This document shows positions 11,675-23,914 of a DNA stretch of 64,000 bases, piece after piece. The translations under genes and the position numbers were made by a program. The stretch is from Camelus ferus (Eukaryota): contig NC_045696.1 of assembly GCF_009834535.1 (NCBI RefSeq), positions 20,958,001 through 21,022,000 of the forward strand, written 5' to 3'. The notes under the pieces are model-generated. The model was given only the letters and a program-made list of their open reading frames with translations. It made no database searches and was not told where the DNA came from. The first letter of the stretch is position 1. Every line of letters starts with the position of its first letter.

Positions 11675-13326
11675 CTATAATAAAGAAAAGGAGAAGGAGG
11701 GGAAACAAGAATATATTAACATTGTTTTCCTAATACAAACATGCAAACAAATAGAGACATAGGGGAGAAGAAGTAGAATTCAAGCACAAAGAAAATATAG
11801 TAAAGGAGTTCCTCTAGCTAGTAGGATAGAAGTTAATATTTTTACTTCTTTTATTTTATAATTAGCACTTATTATATTAAGTAACAACAATAAAAATATC
11901 TATCACTAGTTTTGCTGTATTGTTTTGCTATGTTATGAGAAAGGAACTGGTTGGGAAATAAAATCAGTCATAGAATCCTGATCATGAAGAAAATTCTGAT
12001 GAAATGAGAGGAGCACGTAGAATTATACACAAAAGAACGAAGAATGAACAAAGAGGGTTGAGGAGAATAAAGGAAAGTGCAGAGTGCTAAATCTTAAGTG
12101 TACACTCACTCCTAATAGTTGACTTTAGGGTAATTACTTGTCTCCTTGTAACAGAGTATCTGTTAAGCTAGAGATTAAGTTGGTTGTCCATTCAAAAGTA
12201 GTGATTTACAATAAAGCTGATCTCTCTTGTCACTCAAAACCACCACAAATTTAGAGCAGAATATGTGTTCTGTAAAGAACGACCTGAGTGACCCTTCTTT
12301 GTTTGTGTGCATGTTAGGCCAGGAGGCATCTTGGTGCCCTCAGAAACAAAAGGAAAAGGAATACTAAAATTTTTGTGAGGTTGTGAAGACAAGTCCGAGG
12401 ACATATCACTGGGTTTTCGGAACTCCTCTCGAAAGAGGCCATGTTTCAGTGTGCATGAGGGTACAGTGCCACAGAAGGACAAATCATCAGGGGAGATGGA
12501 AAAATTTAGGATTTACCTAGGATCAGAGTAAGAGTCTGAGTCTTCAGTGATAAAGACTGGGGCGTGACTTATGTCTACCCTGGGAAGCTTTTCCCAACCC
12601 AGGCACCCAAGGCAAACCAAAATAACTGAGCATATCACAAAAAGCATTTTATCACTGGGAGCCAAATGTAGGACACCATCAGGTAACTCAGATTCAGAAG
12701 TTTCCACTTCGAGAGCGTCACTGCAGCCATACTAACCACCCTGCAACAGTCCAGGAACAGGCATCAGCAACAGTGAAGTGGTTCCACTCTTCTATTCACC
12801 AGAACTTTGCAGTAAGATCTGAATAGTGTTCCCACCCCTACCCCCATGGAATTGGAGGTAGACATCAAGAGGGAAATTCTGAAGTTTTCCTGATAGGAAA
12901 TGTTGATTGCAATAGAGGTGGGTAATGTGCCATCAGTGCTTAATGAGGAGAGAATAATAATAGAAAAGTGGCCATTAAAGATGTAGTGAAACAAATCATA
13001 ATGGATGTATTTACGACGATATGCTGTATCAGTCTGCATGCCCTACACTCACTTTCTCCAAATAATATCTAGCAGGTGCAGTTCCTATAGTAGATTAAAT
13101 AATATTGAATTAAATGTTGAAGATAATATTTAATTTGCATTTTAAAAAGAAATAGATTTTAATTGAAAAAAACTAGATATTACAGAAAATATGGCAATTA
13201 TAGCAAAATCATTTGTTATTCATCACCAAATAATAACTCTTGCTAAAAGTTCCTGTATTTCTGGTGTCATTTTTATTCATTCAGTTTTTACTTCTGAAAA
13301 TCATCTGAGATGTGATAATTGGTATC

Positions 13327-13832
13327 TGTGTTAGTCAGGGTTCTCCAAAGAAACAGAAACAAAAAAATATACATAGATATATACAAGAGAAGACTTACTG
13401 TAGGAATTGGTTCTTGCAATTATGGAAGCCAAGAGGTCCCAAGGTCTGCCATGTGCAAACTAGAGAACCAGGAGTGCTGGTAATGCACTTCAGTCCTAGT
13501 TCAAAGGCCTGAGAATAGGCGAGAGGGACAGAGTGATGGTCTAAGTCCTTGTGTGAGTCAGAAGGCTTGAGAACTTGGAGATAGGATTTCGGAGGGCAAG
13601 TGATGATGGACGCCCCAGCTCAAGGAAAGAGAAAATTTGCCCTTCCTCTGCCTTTTTGTTTCATTCAGGCCTTCAGTTGCTTGGGGAGGGGGATCTTTTT
13701 TAGTCTGTCTACAGATTCACATGCTAATCTCTTTCTGAAATACCCTCACAAACATACCCAGAAAGAATGTTTTACCAGCTTTCTGGGCATCCCTTAGCCC
13801 TGTGAAGTGGACACATAAAATTAACCATCACA
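13327..13832 (-). mobile_element. MLT2B-type (ERVL) solo LTR, complete
   Basis: Termini TGTGTTAGTCAGGGTTCTCC...ACACATAAAATTAACCATCACA; near-TSD GTATC/TTATC. Confidence 0.92.
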
Positions 13833-14010
13833 TTATCTACTTAAATTTATTTGTAACACATATAATTAATAGTTTCATGTGTGGAGAGCCCAGTTGATTA
13901 ACAATCTGCAAGTAAGTTACCTGTATTTTCTTATAAAATGTTTATGTTTCCATCAGTTTTGCTTATGGGCAGATTATGAGTTTATGAGCATCTGGTCCAA
14001 TCTGGAAATA

Positions 14011-14376
14011 TTAATTAGTTTGCTAGGGCTGCTATAGCAGGCTACGTGGCTTAAACAATAGAAATTTGTTTTCTCACAATCCTAGAGGCTGGAAGTCCAA
14101 GAGCAAGGTGTAGACAGTGTGTTTATTCTGAGAACTCTGGTTTGTAGATGGCTGCCGTCTGCCTTTGTCTTTACATGGTTTTCCCTCTATTTCTGTGTCC
14201 TAATTTCTTCTTCTGATCAGGACACCAGTCTTAATGGACTAGGGGCCCATCTAATGACCTGATTTTAACTTAATTACCTCTTTAAAGACCTGTCTCCAAA
14301 TATAGTTACATTCTGAGTTACTGGAGGGTAGAAGTTCAACACATGAATTTTGGAGGGACACAATTCAATGGTAACA
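14011..14376 (-). mobile_element. MLT1A/B-type MaLR solo LTR
   Basis: ATTAGTTTGCTAGGGCTGCTATAGC...TTCTCACAATCCTAGAGGCTGGAAGTCCAAG...GGAGGGACACAATTCAATGGTAACA. Confidence 0.9.
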
Positions 14377-14560
14377 CTGGTATAAACTTCTGGCTTCACC
14401 ATTAATGAGCTGTGTGACACTAGGCAAGTTACATCTCCTTGACCCTCAGTTTCATTATGTACATATTTGAAACAAGTTGAATGTGATAGCATGTGGTAAG
14501 GAGAAAATGACAAAATATAAACCACTTTGCAAAGTACTTGACATATGTTAGATAGTCATA
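14377..14560 (+). mobile_element. MIR adjacent to (probably interrupted by) the MLT1 LTR
   Basis: GAGCTGTGTGACACTAGGCAAGTTACATCTCCTTGACCCTCAGTTTC. Confidence 0.75.
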
Positions 14561-14774
14561 GGTGTCAGAGAGATGCACTCTTTTCAGATAGGTGCACCCT
14601 TTAGAGAAATGGTAGCTTTAATCAGAATAGTGTCAAATGAGGGTCCATATGCCATATAGTACGATACATTATCATGAGAACTGTTAGTATCATTATACTC
14701 ATTTGTTTTCTCTTTACTGTCCCCTTCTATCAGGATTCCACATTACCTAGAAGTTATGATTCTGGATAGATATA

Positions 14775-14900
14775 TAGTCACTAGTCTGCAATCACTGTGG
14801 AACTAGGTATTATATCTGTCTTGTCTACCATTATAACTGGAACACCTGGTATGGTGTATGCTACTGAGGTATTCAGTAAATAAAAATTGAGTAAAATAAT
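14775..14900 (+). mobile_element. L2 3' end
   Basis: TATCTGTCTTGTCTACCATTATAACTGGAACACCTGG...GGTATTCAGTAAATAAAAATTGAGTAAA. Confidence 0.6.
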
Positions 14901-15904
14901 AAATTACCTTGGTTTATACCCTTAATGAATCAGAATAGAGATATGTTAGTATTTTTTAAAAGATATTTATTTTAAACTGCTTACCGTTGTAAATGTTTAA
15001 TATTATGTATTCTATTGGATAGTCATATGACCATAAAACAAAGCTTTCTCCAAAATAGAGTTTTCATAGACTTAAGAATATTAAGTAGAAGTACGTAGAC
15101 AAATTTGCTGATGTCTGTGCAAGCATTCTCCTACAGGGGAAACAGAAACTTAGTGATATGAGTATTTGAGACTTCGGGACCTATAAGCCAAAGTTACCCC
15201 TAATGTGGAGAGTGAGGGAGACATTGAAATCTTTGGGTACCCCAGTGTGTCATTGAGACTGATTTCTCACTGTAAATGACTTAATTGGCTGATAATGAGT
15301 CTCTTTTTACTGTTGTTATATATTTAGAGAGATATTGACTCATTTCAATGAATTTCAAATTTGTTTTAATTCTTAGCAATTGTTTTTACTGTAAATTTAA
15401 TATATTAACATTCTAAATTTTAATTCTTAAAATTTCTCACAAGCTTGGTTAAAATGAGCTTTTTCCTTAGAAAAGAATTCATTCTCAATGTTGATAAATC
15501 ATGTATTTGATTCTATAAAACTGAAAATTGAACATAAAAAATTAGCAAAGTCACTTAATAATAAATGCCCTTATTTAAGATTTCTTGATAGTTCTTTTTT
15601 GGTCTTTTCTTTAAAATTACTACATGTGTTATCAGAGAAAATTAGTTTTATCTTCATTAAAATAATTTTCTGCAGTTCATTATGTTTTGTTTTGTCAATG
15701 TCCCAAAACTTTTATGTAGATTAACCTTATTTTATCAAATTAGATTAATTTTAGAAATTATATAATATATAATATACATATTACTACATAAATACCAAAA
15801 TAAATAGTTGATTTTGGAGGAATTAGAGATTATCCAGGGAACAGATAAAATTTAGATAATTCTGATTAATATTTTCAATACCTTTTATGTCACTGCTAGT
15901 GTTT

Positions 15905-16125
15905 GCAACATTACTGAGTACCTATTATGTATGAAATATCAACTATATATATATATATAACATTCCTTCTCCTCCTTTTAAAAACCCTTCAAGGAAAGTA
16001 GTTTCTTCTCTTTTTAGATGAAGAGACATAAATTCAAAGAGTTTAAGTAAGTGGTGTAAGTTCACACAGCTGTTCAGAAGAAAACCTGTCTAACCTCATG
16101 TTTTTCAGACTCTGTAGCTTATCTA
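15905..16125 (-). mobile_element. MIR
   Basis: TTACTGAGTACCTATTATGT...TTTTAGATGAAGAGACATAAATTCAAAGAGTTTAAGTAAG...GTTCACACAGCT. Confidence 0.75.
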
Positions 16126-16133
16126 ACTTTGTT

Positions 16134-16241
16134 CTTTTCATAGCAAACATACTATCACCCACCAGGTATATGTGATTGATTTAAGGCTTTTCATAGCAAT
16201 GTATGCCATCACCCAGTAGGTACATGTGATTTATTTGAGAG
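16134..16241. repeat. Diverged two-copy tandem duplication, period about 53 bp
   Basis: CTTTTCATAGCAA...ATCACCCA...AGGTA.ATGTGATT.ATTT repeated at 16134 and 16187. Confidence 0.8.
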
Positions 16242-17199
16242 CTTTAAGCTCTGAGAACTTAGAAGAATCATATCTACTTCAAGTAAATTATGTAATCTCT
16301 TGAACCAAATAAATAACTTGGCATTTAATTCCATTATCCTACAAAAGTTTAACAAACGTTATATTTTACTTAGCTGAACAGTATAATATTTTTGACAAGA
16401 TTTCCCATTGGATAAATAAATTTCCCTCCCAAGAGGATTTTATGTCACTGTGTTTTAAGGATAATTTGGAGCATCTATTTCCATTGCCATTGATTGGATT
16501 CACAGTGTAATATTGAAAAGTGCTCTTATTATTCCTATGCCATTGTTAAAGATCTGCAGAGATTTGAAATAATCTGTACAGTCTGATATAAACACTGAAG
16601 ACATGCATTTACTTCTCTCCCTCTCTAAAATCCAAAGTGTGGACAAATAATCAAATGCAGTTCTTCGACTTTTGTGAGAAGTGGGACAATGATGAACCAG
16701 AGTTGGTTTCCTACTGAATGATACACCAGAGCACAATTGGCTACAACAGGAACCAGAAATTGGAGAAGTCAATGGAGGTGGAGTGATGTATTCCCCGTTG
16801 AACCCTGGAACACTGTACTCCTGGAGTCAGCAAAGCTAAGAAGTGGGAATGGGCTTGTTAAATCTCCTACTAACAGAAAGAAGGGCATCAATAACTGGCC
16901 TAAGGGTTAAAGCAGGTATTTCCTTTCTAAAAGTCTTGGGCACAGTTGAATTCCTAGTGTGGGTATAGGCACTTTGGAGTTAAGCCATGATTATTTGGGG
17001 AACACAGGCTGGGAAGTGGAGAGACATGAATCTGTGTTTCCAGCCTGTACATCCTAAAGTGAGACCAGTCAGCTGACATGTCTCCCAGAGGTAAAAGTCA
17101 AGCTGTACGTTCAAGGGAGAGGCCAAGTAAGAAAGAGAATTTCATAATGGAAGAGCAATCCAAACAAGCCCTTTGAATAAACATTGTTATATTTATTTA

Positions 17200-17980
17200 T
17201 TTTTTAAATGGACAAAAAAATAAAAATTTTTCATGCATATGAGGAGATTCATTAACATGAAAGATGACTGATTTTTGAGAAACCTAAAATAATCCAGAGA
17301 ACAGATGAAATTTAGATAGTTCTAATTAGTGTTTTAGACAGATTTATGAAAGGTAACATCTGTAAAATAAAAACAGTCTACTATGGGAAAAAGATTATCA
17401 GACACCATAATAGCATTTTTGGAAGTTAGGGTTGTTACAGAAAAATATCTCGTTGAAAGTCTGGAAGAGGAACCCTAGGAAATTCTTCACCATGTAAAGT
17501 GAAGGGAGGGAAAGAAAGAAAAACAATGGATAATATTTGAAAAGAAATTTTAAAATGAAGCTACATGGAGGAATAACTATGAAGTTTTCAATTTTCTAAT
17601 AGATGATCCAGAAAGAGAGATTAAAAGAAAAATGGGAGGAATAATCAAAAAATCTTTCCAGAGAGAAAAAAAAAATAAGCAAAAATCTTCAGATTTAAAT
17701 ATCTCACGGAGTCCTAAACAGAATGAATCATAAAGAATGAAATTTTCTGAAAATTTAAAATACCAAAGTTAAGTTTAATTTACCTGTAAAAAATAAAACT
17801 CAAGTGTTCTATCAGACTTTTCATCAGCAACACTAGCTTTTAGAAAATAATGGAATGTGACCTTTGAAAATGTTTTGTGCAAACATGATATTGAACTAAA
17901 ATCAATATCCTACAAAACAATTATCCAAAATATAAGAATTAAATAAAGATATCTTCAGAGATAAACAATTTTAAAATTGA
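17200..17980 (+). mobile_element. Ancient L1M/HAL1-like ORF1-region relic
   Basis: A-rich sense strand; AATCTTCAGATT, ATCAGACTTTTCATCAGCAACACTAG...AGAAAATAATGGA typical of old ORF1 remnants. Confidence 0.65.
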
Positions 17981-18311
17981 TGTGATATCTGAATGTTTGT
18001 ATGAAAGATGATGGTGTTACCAAGATGGGGCTTTTGGGGGGTGCTTAGGTGATGAGGGTGGAGCCCTCATGAATGGGATTAGTGTTTTTATAACAGAAAC
18101 TCCACAGAGATCCTTAGTCCTTTAAGCAATTTGAGGACACAGAGAGGAGGTGCCAACTATGAACCAGGAAGAGGGCTCTCACCAAAACAAGACGATGCAG
18201 GCACCTTGACCTCGGACTTCCGGAATTCAGAACTGTGAGACATAAGCATCTGTGGTTTATAAGCTACCTAGTCTGTAGTATGTGTTATGGCAGCCTGAAT
18301 AGACTACGACA
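17981..18311 (+). mobile_element. MLT1A0-type MaLR solo LTR
   Basis: TGTGATATCTGAATGTTTGT...ATGAGGGTGGAGCCCTCATGAATGGGATTAGTG...GCAGCCTGAATAGACTACGACA. Confidence 0.9.
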
Positions 18312-18714
18312 GTGTATAATTAGTTCTTTCTGACACAAAGAAGAGGTGGGAAAGAGAAAAAAAGAATTTATTCTTTCTAATGGAAAACAAATCCAAGAAA
18401 GAAGACCACAAAAGGTGTTATAAGGATATAAGGAAAGGAAGGTAACTTGAGAGGAGTGGCTCTACATCAGGACAAAGAATGCTACATCTGGAGAAAAATA
18501 TCAAGAAAAAAATAAGTGTGCTGTTGCTGTTTTTAATTAACAGCATGTATCACAGACTTGTTATAGTCTCTCCTAATGTCTCTTTTTCTCCTATAATACT
18601 CAAGGCTTTACCTCAGCTCACAGTGGTGAAGCAAAAAATTATATTAGCTTCTTTGCAACAGACTCTTTTCATACAATTAATTTCTGGCCAATAAACGACA
18701 AAAGAAGTGATCAT

Positions 18715-18890
18715 AACAGTATTAAAGACTTTTACTGTGCTTATTACTTTACTGCGTCAGGTGCTATTCCAAATGCATTATAAATGTTAATTCATTTAAT
18801 TCTCACACCATCCATATGAAGTAGGTACTGTTATTATTTAAATTTTGCAGATGAGAAGAGCTTTAGCATCTTGCACAAGTTAACACTCCG
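18715..18890 (-). mobile_element. MIR
   Basis: ATTCATTTAATTCTCACACCATCCATATGAAGTAGGTACTGTTATTATTT...TTTTGCAGATGAG. Confidence 0.8.
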
Positions 18891-18944
18891 CTACTGAAAT
18901 TAACATTATACGTGCAACCTCTTGGTGCTACACTCGAAAGGCAA

Positions 18945-19235
18945 GGCTCAGACCCTCCTGCTCTTCCCCCTTGCTGGGCTGGAGTGTAGATATTGCACTG
19001 GTAGCTGGTGCAGGTGTCAGAGTGCAAGATGCAAATCTAATGACGAGGATGGAAGAGGATCAAGATAAGAAGAGCCCGAGTCCTTAAAACATGGAGGTGT
19101 CATACAAGCCTTTCTTTTCTTAAGAGTAAACTATTCACTAGAGAAAAATGTTTCTGTTCTTTTAAAAAAAATTGACTGTTATTTTCATCATAGTTACCAC
19201 AGTGAAACTTGTTACCATAACTAGAATGATACTAA
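18945..19235 (+). mobile_element. Old ERVL/MaLR LTR fragment (LTR33/MLT1J-like)
   Basis: GCTGGAGTGTAGAT...GGATGGAAGAGGATCAAGATAAGAAGAGCCCGAGTCC...AGAGAAAAATG. Confidence 0.5.
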
Positions 19236-22200
19236 GAAAATGGAAGTTAGCAATATCACAATGACATGGGGTTCTTCTGTCAATAAGGAAGAAAAGCGAA
19301 CATTTCAGAAAAAACGGTTCAGAGTCATGGTGCAAACATAAAGCAAACTGAAATATAGGTAGATTTTTAACAACATATAGAATGTAGCAGTGGGGGAGGG
19401 AGATTTGTCCTTGACATTTAGAAACTATTTCTATTTGCATCAAAGAGCACATTTGAATGACAAGGGATACATTATGTTTATGTCTCTACAGGTCCCAAAC
19501 TCAGGGTCTCAGTGATACAGAGGATGTTCATAATAATTTTATGCTCTCCTTGAATGTCTAGACTTAACCTATAAACACAGCATGGGGCCAACCTGTTATA
19601 CTTTTTATATAAAATTACATGCCTTGCCAAAGTAAAAGCAAAAAAAAAAGAGCTAGAAAATTTTGAAAAGTAAAGGAGCATAGCAGAGATTAAGAGAAAT
19701 TTTAGAGCGCTAATTTCTTCATTTCACTTAAAAAGAAGCCAAGGTATACTGCTTGCAGTTGATTAAATAAATGATAAAGGCATAAATACTTTATATAAAA
19801 GATTAAAGTAATTAATAGGAGGGATTAAGAAAAAACTTACCAAGATATTTAAGAAGAAGAAACAGGATTTACTTGTAATTCTCTTTTTTTCATACTCAGA
19901 GGTTAATCGAATCTAAGTTGACAAATCAAGAGATGGAGTTAATATATATATAATACTATGCGATGCAGGGAATCAGTAAGCTGAGAAAGCTAGAATGGGT
20001 TTCCTCTGGGCAGTGTCACTGGGGACAAAGCTGACACAAGACTTTTGTAATATTTCTTTTTTATTATGTACATATATTTATGTTATAATAAAACAGTTTC
20101 TGAGGCAGACATCTCATATTTTTCAGTTGTTCCGGTTGGTAAGAGGTCTCTGCCAACATAAAGTGCACTGTACTTACTGGGGATCTGTTTTCCTGATTTT
20201 GAAAAATTGTGAAAACTCACTCTGAATTGTTCAGTCAAAAGAAACCAAACTAATCAAGGCTTCTCTTTAGACTACACAAAGCTGTCTTTACATGTCAGCT
20301 CCAGAATTTCTTAAACTTAAATGTTGAGATAAGTAGCTCAGCTGTGTGAAATAATCAGCACTGTCCTTGGTCTGCTTTCAGTTTCTCTGTGAGTCTTGTT
20401 AGGGTGAATTCTAGAGACTAACGTCTTTGAGAAACATTCCTGGAAAAAAAAATCACTATTTTCAGAATATAGGAATATAATTAGATTGATGTTCTTAGTA
20501 TTTCAATCAAGCTTGATGTTCTTGATCATTAGGTTTATTTTAAAAGAACAAAATTAGAAGTCAAGTGTCTCTACTGGGACTAGAGAGCAGGGACTTTTCA
20601 TTTTCCTGATCTGCATTTATTTATAAGTAACTGCTTATTTCTTAAAGCTCTCCTGGAGGGTGTTGGTATCCTTACCATAAGCTGGTATAGTATATTGATA
20701 TTTAAATAACATGTTATTAATTAAAATAATTGACTATTAGCTATTAATTGATGCCAACTCAATCATTAATGGTTAACGATGAGCTATGCCTCTGTAGCCC
20801 ATACATACAATCTATAAAGCAGTTAAAAGTGGACAGCGTACAACACTTAAGGTGAACAGTGTCAACTTTTTTCTGTATTCTAGGGGATAACATTCAGGTA
20901 CGACTAAACTACTGTCGTTATAAATTTTAAAAAATTTTGCTGAAGTATGATGTGTTTATGGAAAAGCACATGTACTAAACGCATAACTTGATGAATTTTA
21001 GTCAGTTTTTTAAAGGCAGAGTGCTAAGACATTTGTTGTTGAATTTCACAGTAACTGAGAGTTCTCTACTGAAAGAAAGTAGAATAAAATTGAGATCCTT
21101 AAAATCATAAGTAATTTCAGCATATGATGGAAAAGGTTTAAAAAAAAAGTGTTATATACAAATAATATGGAACAGTGATTTGATAGATTGTATGTGTGAA
21201 AACTGAGCTTTTTAAAGCGTAGGACTATAGAGTTCTGTGTTAAAAAGTGCGTTCATTTTTCTGGTTGAGGGGGGATGGTTGAGAATGTGAATGAATTCTA
21301 ATCTTTTCTATTTGTGGAACTTTTAATATAATGGTATTTCAGAGAGATAAATGAAAAGACTGATTTAAGAAGCTTCTAAACTTCCTCAAAGTAGATATTT
21401 TTCAGTGTTATGAGACTGAAATTTAGAAAGAAATAGGAAAGACAAATTGCATGTGGTACCAGGGATGGGGAGTAAGTAGTAATCAGTGTGAGCGGGGGAA
21501 TAGGAAAAAAAAAGACCAATACTTTTATCACCAGCAGCCCTTGAAATTTTTCTTACGATTGTCATTTATTTTCTCTGTTAACATACAAAGTTTATTTTCA
21601 ACAAGCAGGTATGTTCAAGCCAGACATAAAACAGATACTTTTGTGATTGTTCCTTAGTGGATTAGAAAAAGCAAAAAGCAAATCAACACTTGCAAGTTTA
21701 CAAAGAGATGAAGAAAGATGTTGTGATATGTAAAAACGTAATAAGAATTTATGAATGTTTTCCTTTTGTTATTAAAATAGGAAAATCTTTTTTTAAAAAA
21801 TCTTATCTCCTCAAAGGATAATAGTTTTCTCCTTTTTTTCCCCCTGAGTTATATAATGAAAATGTATTTCTTTATGGCTAAGCCCTGAAGCAGCTGTAAC
21901 TCTTGGTGCCTAATTACCTTTCCCCCTTAGCAAGCTTATCTTCAAAACCATATTCATGGGCTGACACATGTATCAAAGCCTTCAGTAACTTGGATTCTCC
22001 TTGGCCTAACCTAATTTTCTATTGCCATTTGTATCCATTGTATATTTTCTAATCACTCGTTAAATTATAAGTGGTGGTAATCAGTACACATTTCCATAAC
22101 AAATAATGTCTTTTAGAAGAGAAAATGTTTATATTTATGCAGGTTTCTGTTGTGTTAAAGTTGAAAGAATTCACGAAAGAAGAGGGTTTCATAATGATAC

Positions 22201-22499
22201 TATTGGACATTTAAAAGAAATGAGAATATTTAATTCAGTAACTGGAATATATATATAATCTTATTTAGGTTGTAGGCAATAACTCATCACCTAGGAAGGG
22301 AGAATATTACCCCATTAACAGCAAAAATGTGTTTCATTAATATATACAAATAATTTGTTATAGGAGTGTACAAAATACAACCCACTGGACAAATCCAGCC
22401 TAATGCCTGAATTATACTGGTTAACTTTTCTAAACAGACTTTGTGAAAAAAACACTCCTACTTTTCTTGTTTTTAGATACATAAAGTGCAAATAAAAGC

Positions 22500-23345
22500 A
22501 GAAATTTTTGCATATGATAATTTTAACATAATTAAGTCTCACAAGCCTTAACTTTGCAGGTTGATGTTTGATTAATAAGTTTTGGGTACTGTTGTTCATT
22601 GTTTCATGGAATATTGCTTCTTTCTCATTCTCTGTTTTCTCCTGGAAATCTGTTATACACATTGTTGTATTTTCATATTTTGTGTATTTTTATACTCTAA
22701 AATTTTATTTTAAATATATATTCCTCTCCTTTTTTTCACTTTGAAAATATTCTAGCAATCTATAGTTGAGTTTGCTAATCCCATATTCTTCAAGGCTTAA
22801 TCTGTTTTTTAAACCACTGTATTATTGATCCTTTCATAGAGATCTGCTTATATTTCTCCATCTTCCACTTATTTTTCCACTTAATCTGATTCCTTTGGCA
22901 TATTAATCATATTACTTCGATGAGTTTATCTGCTAACTTAAATTCCTAGATCATCTGTATAGATGCTTCTTTGGTCTATTTTTTTCTCTTGCTTATCAGT
23001 CACATTTTCTTGGCTCACATCTAATACTTTTGTATTCTGTACTCTGGAGACAGTGTATAAAAGAACTGTCTAGGATCTAGATTTTCTTTTCTTGCACAAG
23101 AGAGTTTCTCTTTTTACTCTGTGAAGCAGTTAAAAGAAATGGCACCCACTGTGCTCAGTTGTATGTTGAGCAGGGTCAGAAGAAAGTTGCAGTTTCATTA
23201 AGCCTCAGTCTACTTTTGGTTTATCCCATTTGTTGTACATAATTCTCCCAGGCTTTTGATTAAGCATTTGGTGGGTATAATTTCCTCAGCTTTGAAAGAC
23301 AATTGGATGATGAACTCTACCTTTATAGGCCCTGGGGTAGCATTT
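22500..23345 (-). mobile_element. Ancient L1M/HAL1-like 5'/ORF1 relic
   Basis: T-rich plus strand; minus ORF fragment ITDFQEKTENEKEAIFHETM resembles the ORF1 'IGVPE..E...E.IFEEI' region. Confidence 0.55.
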
Positions 23346-23358
23346 AGACTCTTGAATC

Positions 23359-23849
23359 ATAAAAAATATATGTATATATATATATATGATGGAATATTAC
23401 TCAGCCATAAAAATGAAATCTTGTCATTTGCATCAACATGGAAGGATCTAGAGGGTACTATGCTAAGTGAAATAAGTCAGTCAGAGAAAGACAAATACTA
23501 CATGATTTCACTTATATGTGGAATCTGAAAAACAAAAACATACAAAATGAAATGAAAATAGACTCATAGATACAAGAGCAAATTGGTGGTTGTCAGAGGG
23601 GAGGAGGGTAGGGGATGGGCAAAACAGGTGAAGGGAATTAAGAAACACAGACTTCCAGTAATAACATGGGGATATAATGTACAGCATAAGAAGTATGTCA
23701 ATAATACTTTAATAACTTTGCATGGGGTCACATGGTTACTAGACATTGTGATAATCATTTTGTAATGCATTTCAATATTGAATCACTACATTGCACACCT
23801 GAAACTAACATAATATTGTACATCAACTATATTTCAATTTAAAAAAAAA
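23359..23849 (+). mobile_element. 5'-truncated younger L1 (end of ORF2, 3'UTR, polyA) with TSD
   Basis: ORF2 C-terminal-like peptide NEILSFASTWKDLEGTMLSEISQSEKDKYYMISLICGI; polyA at about 23841-23850; TSD AGACTCTTGAATC (23346-23358) / AAACTCCTGAATC (23850-23862). Confidence 0.93.
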
Positions 23850-23914
23850 AAACTCCTGAATCCTACAGCTTCAAAATCAGGCAAATAACAATTTCCGGGT
23901 AGAATTGTGGTATT

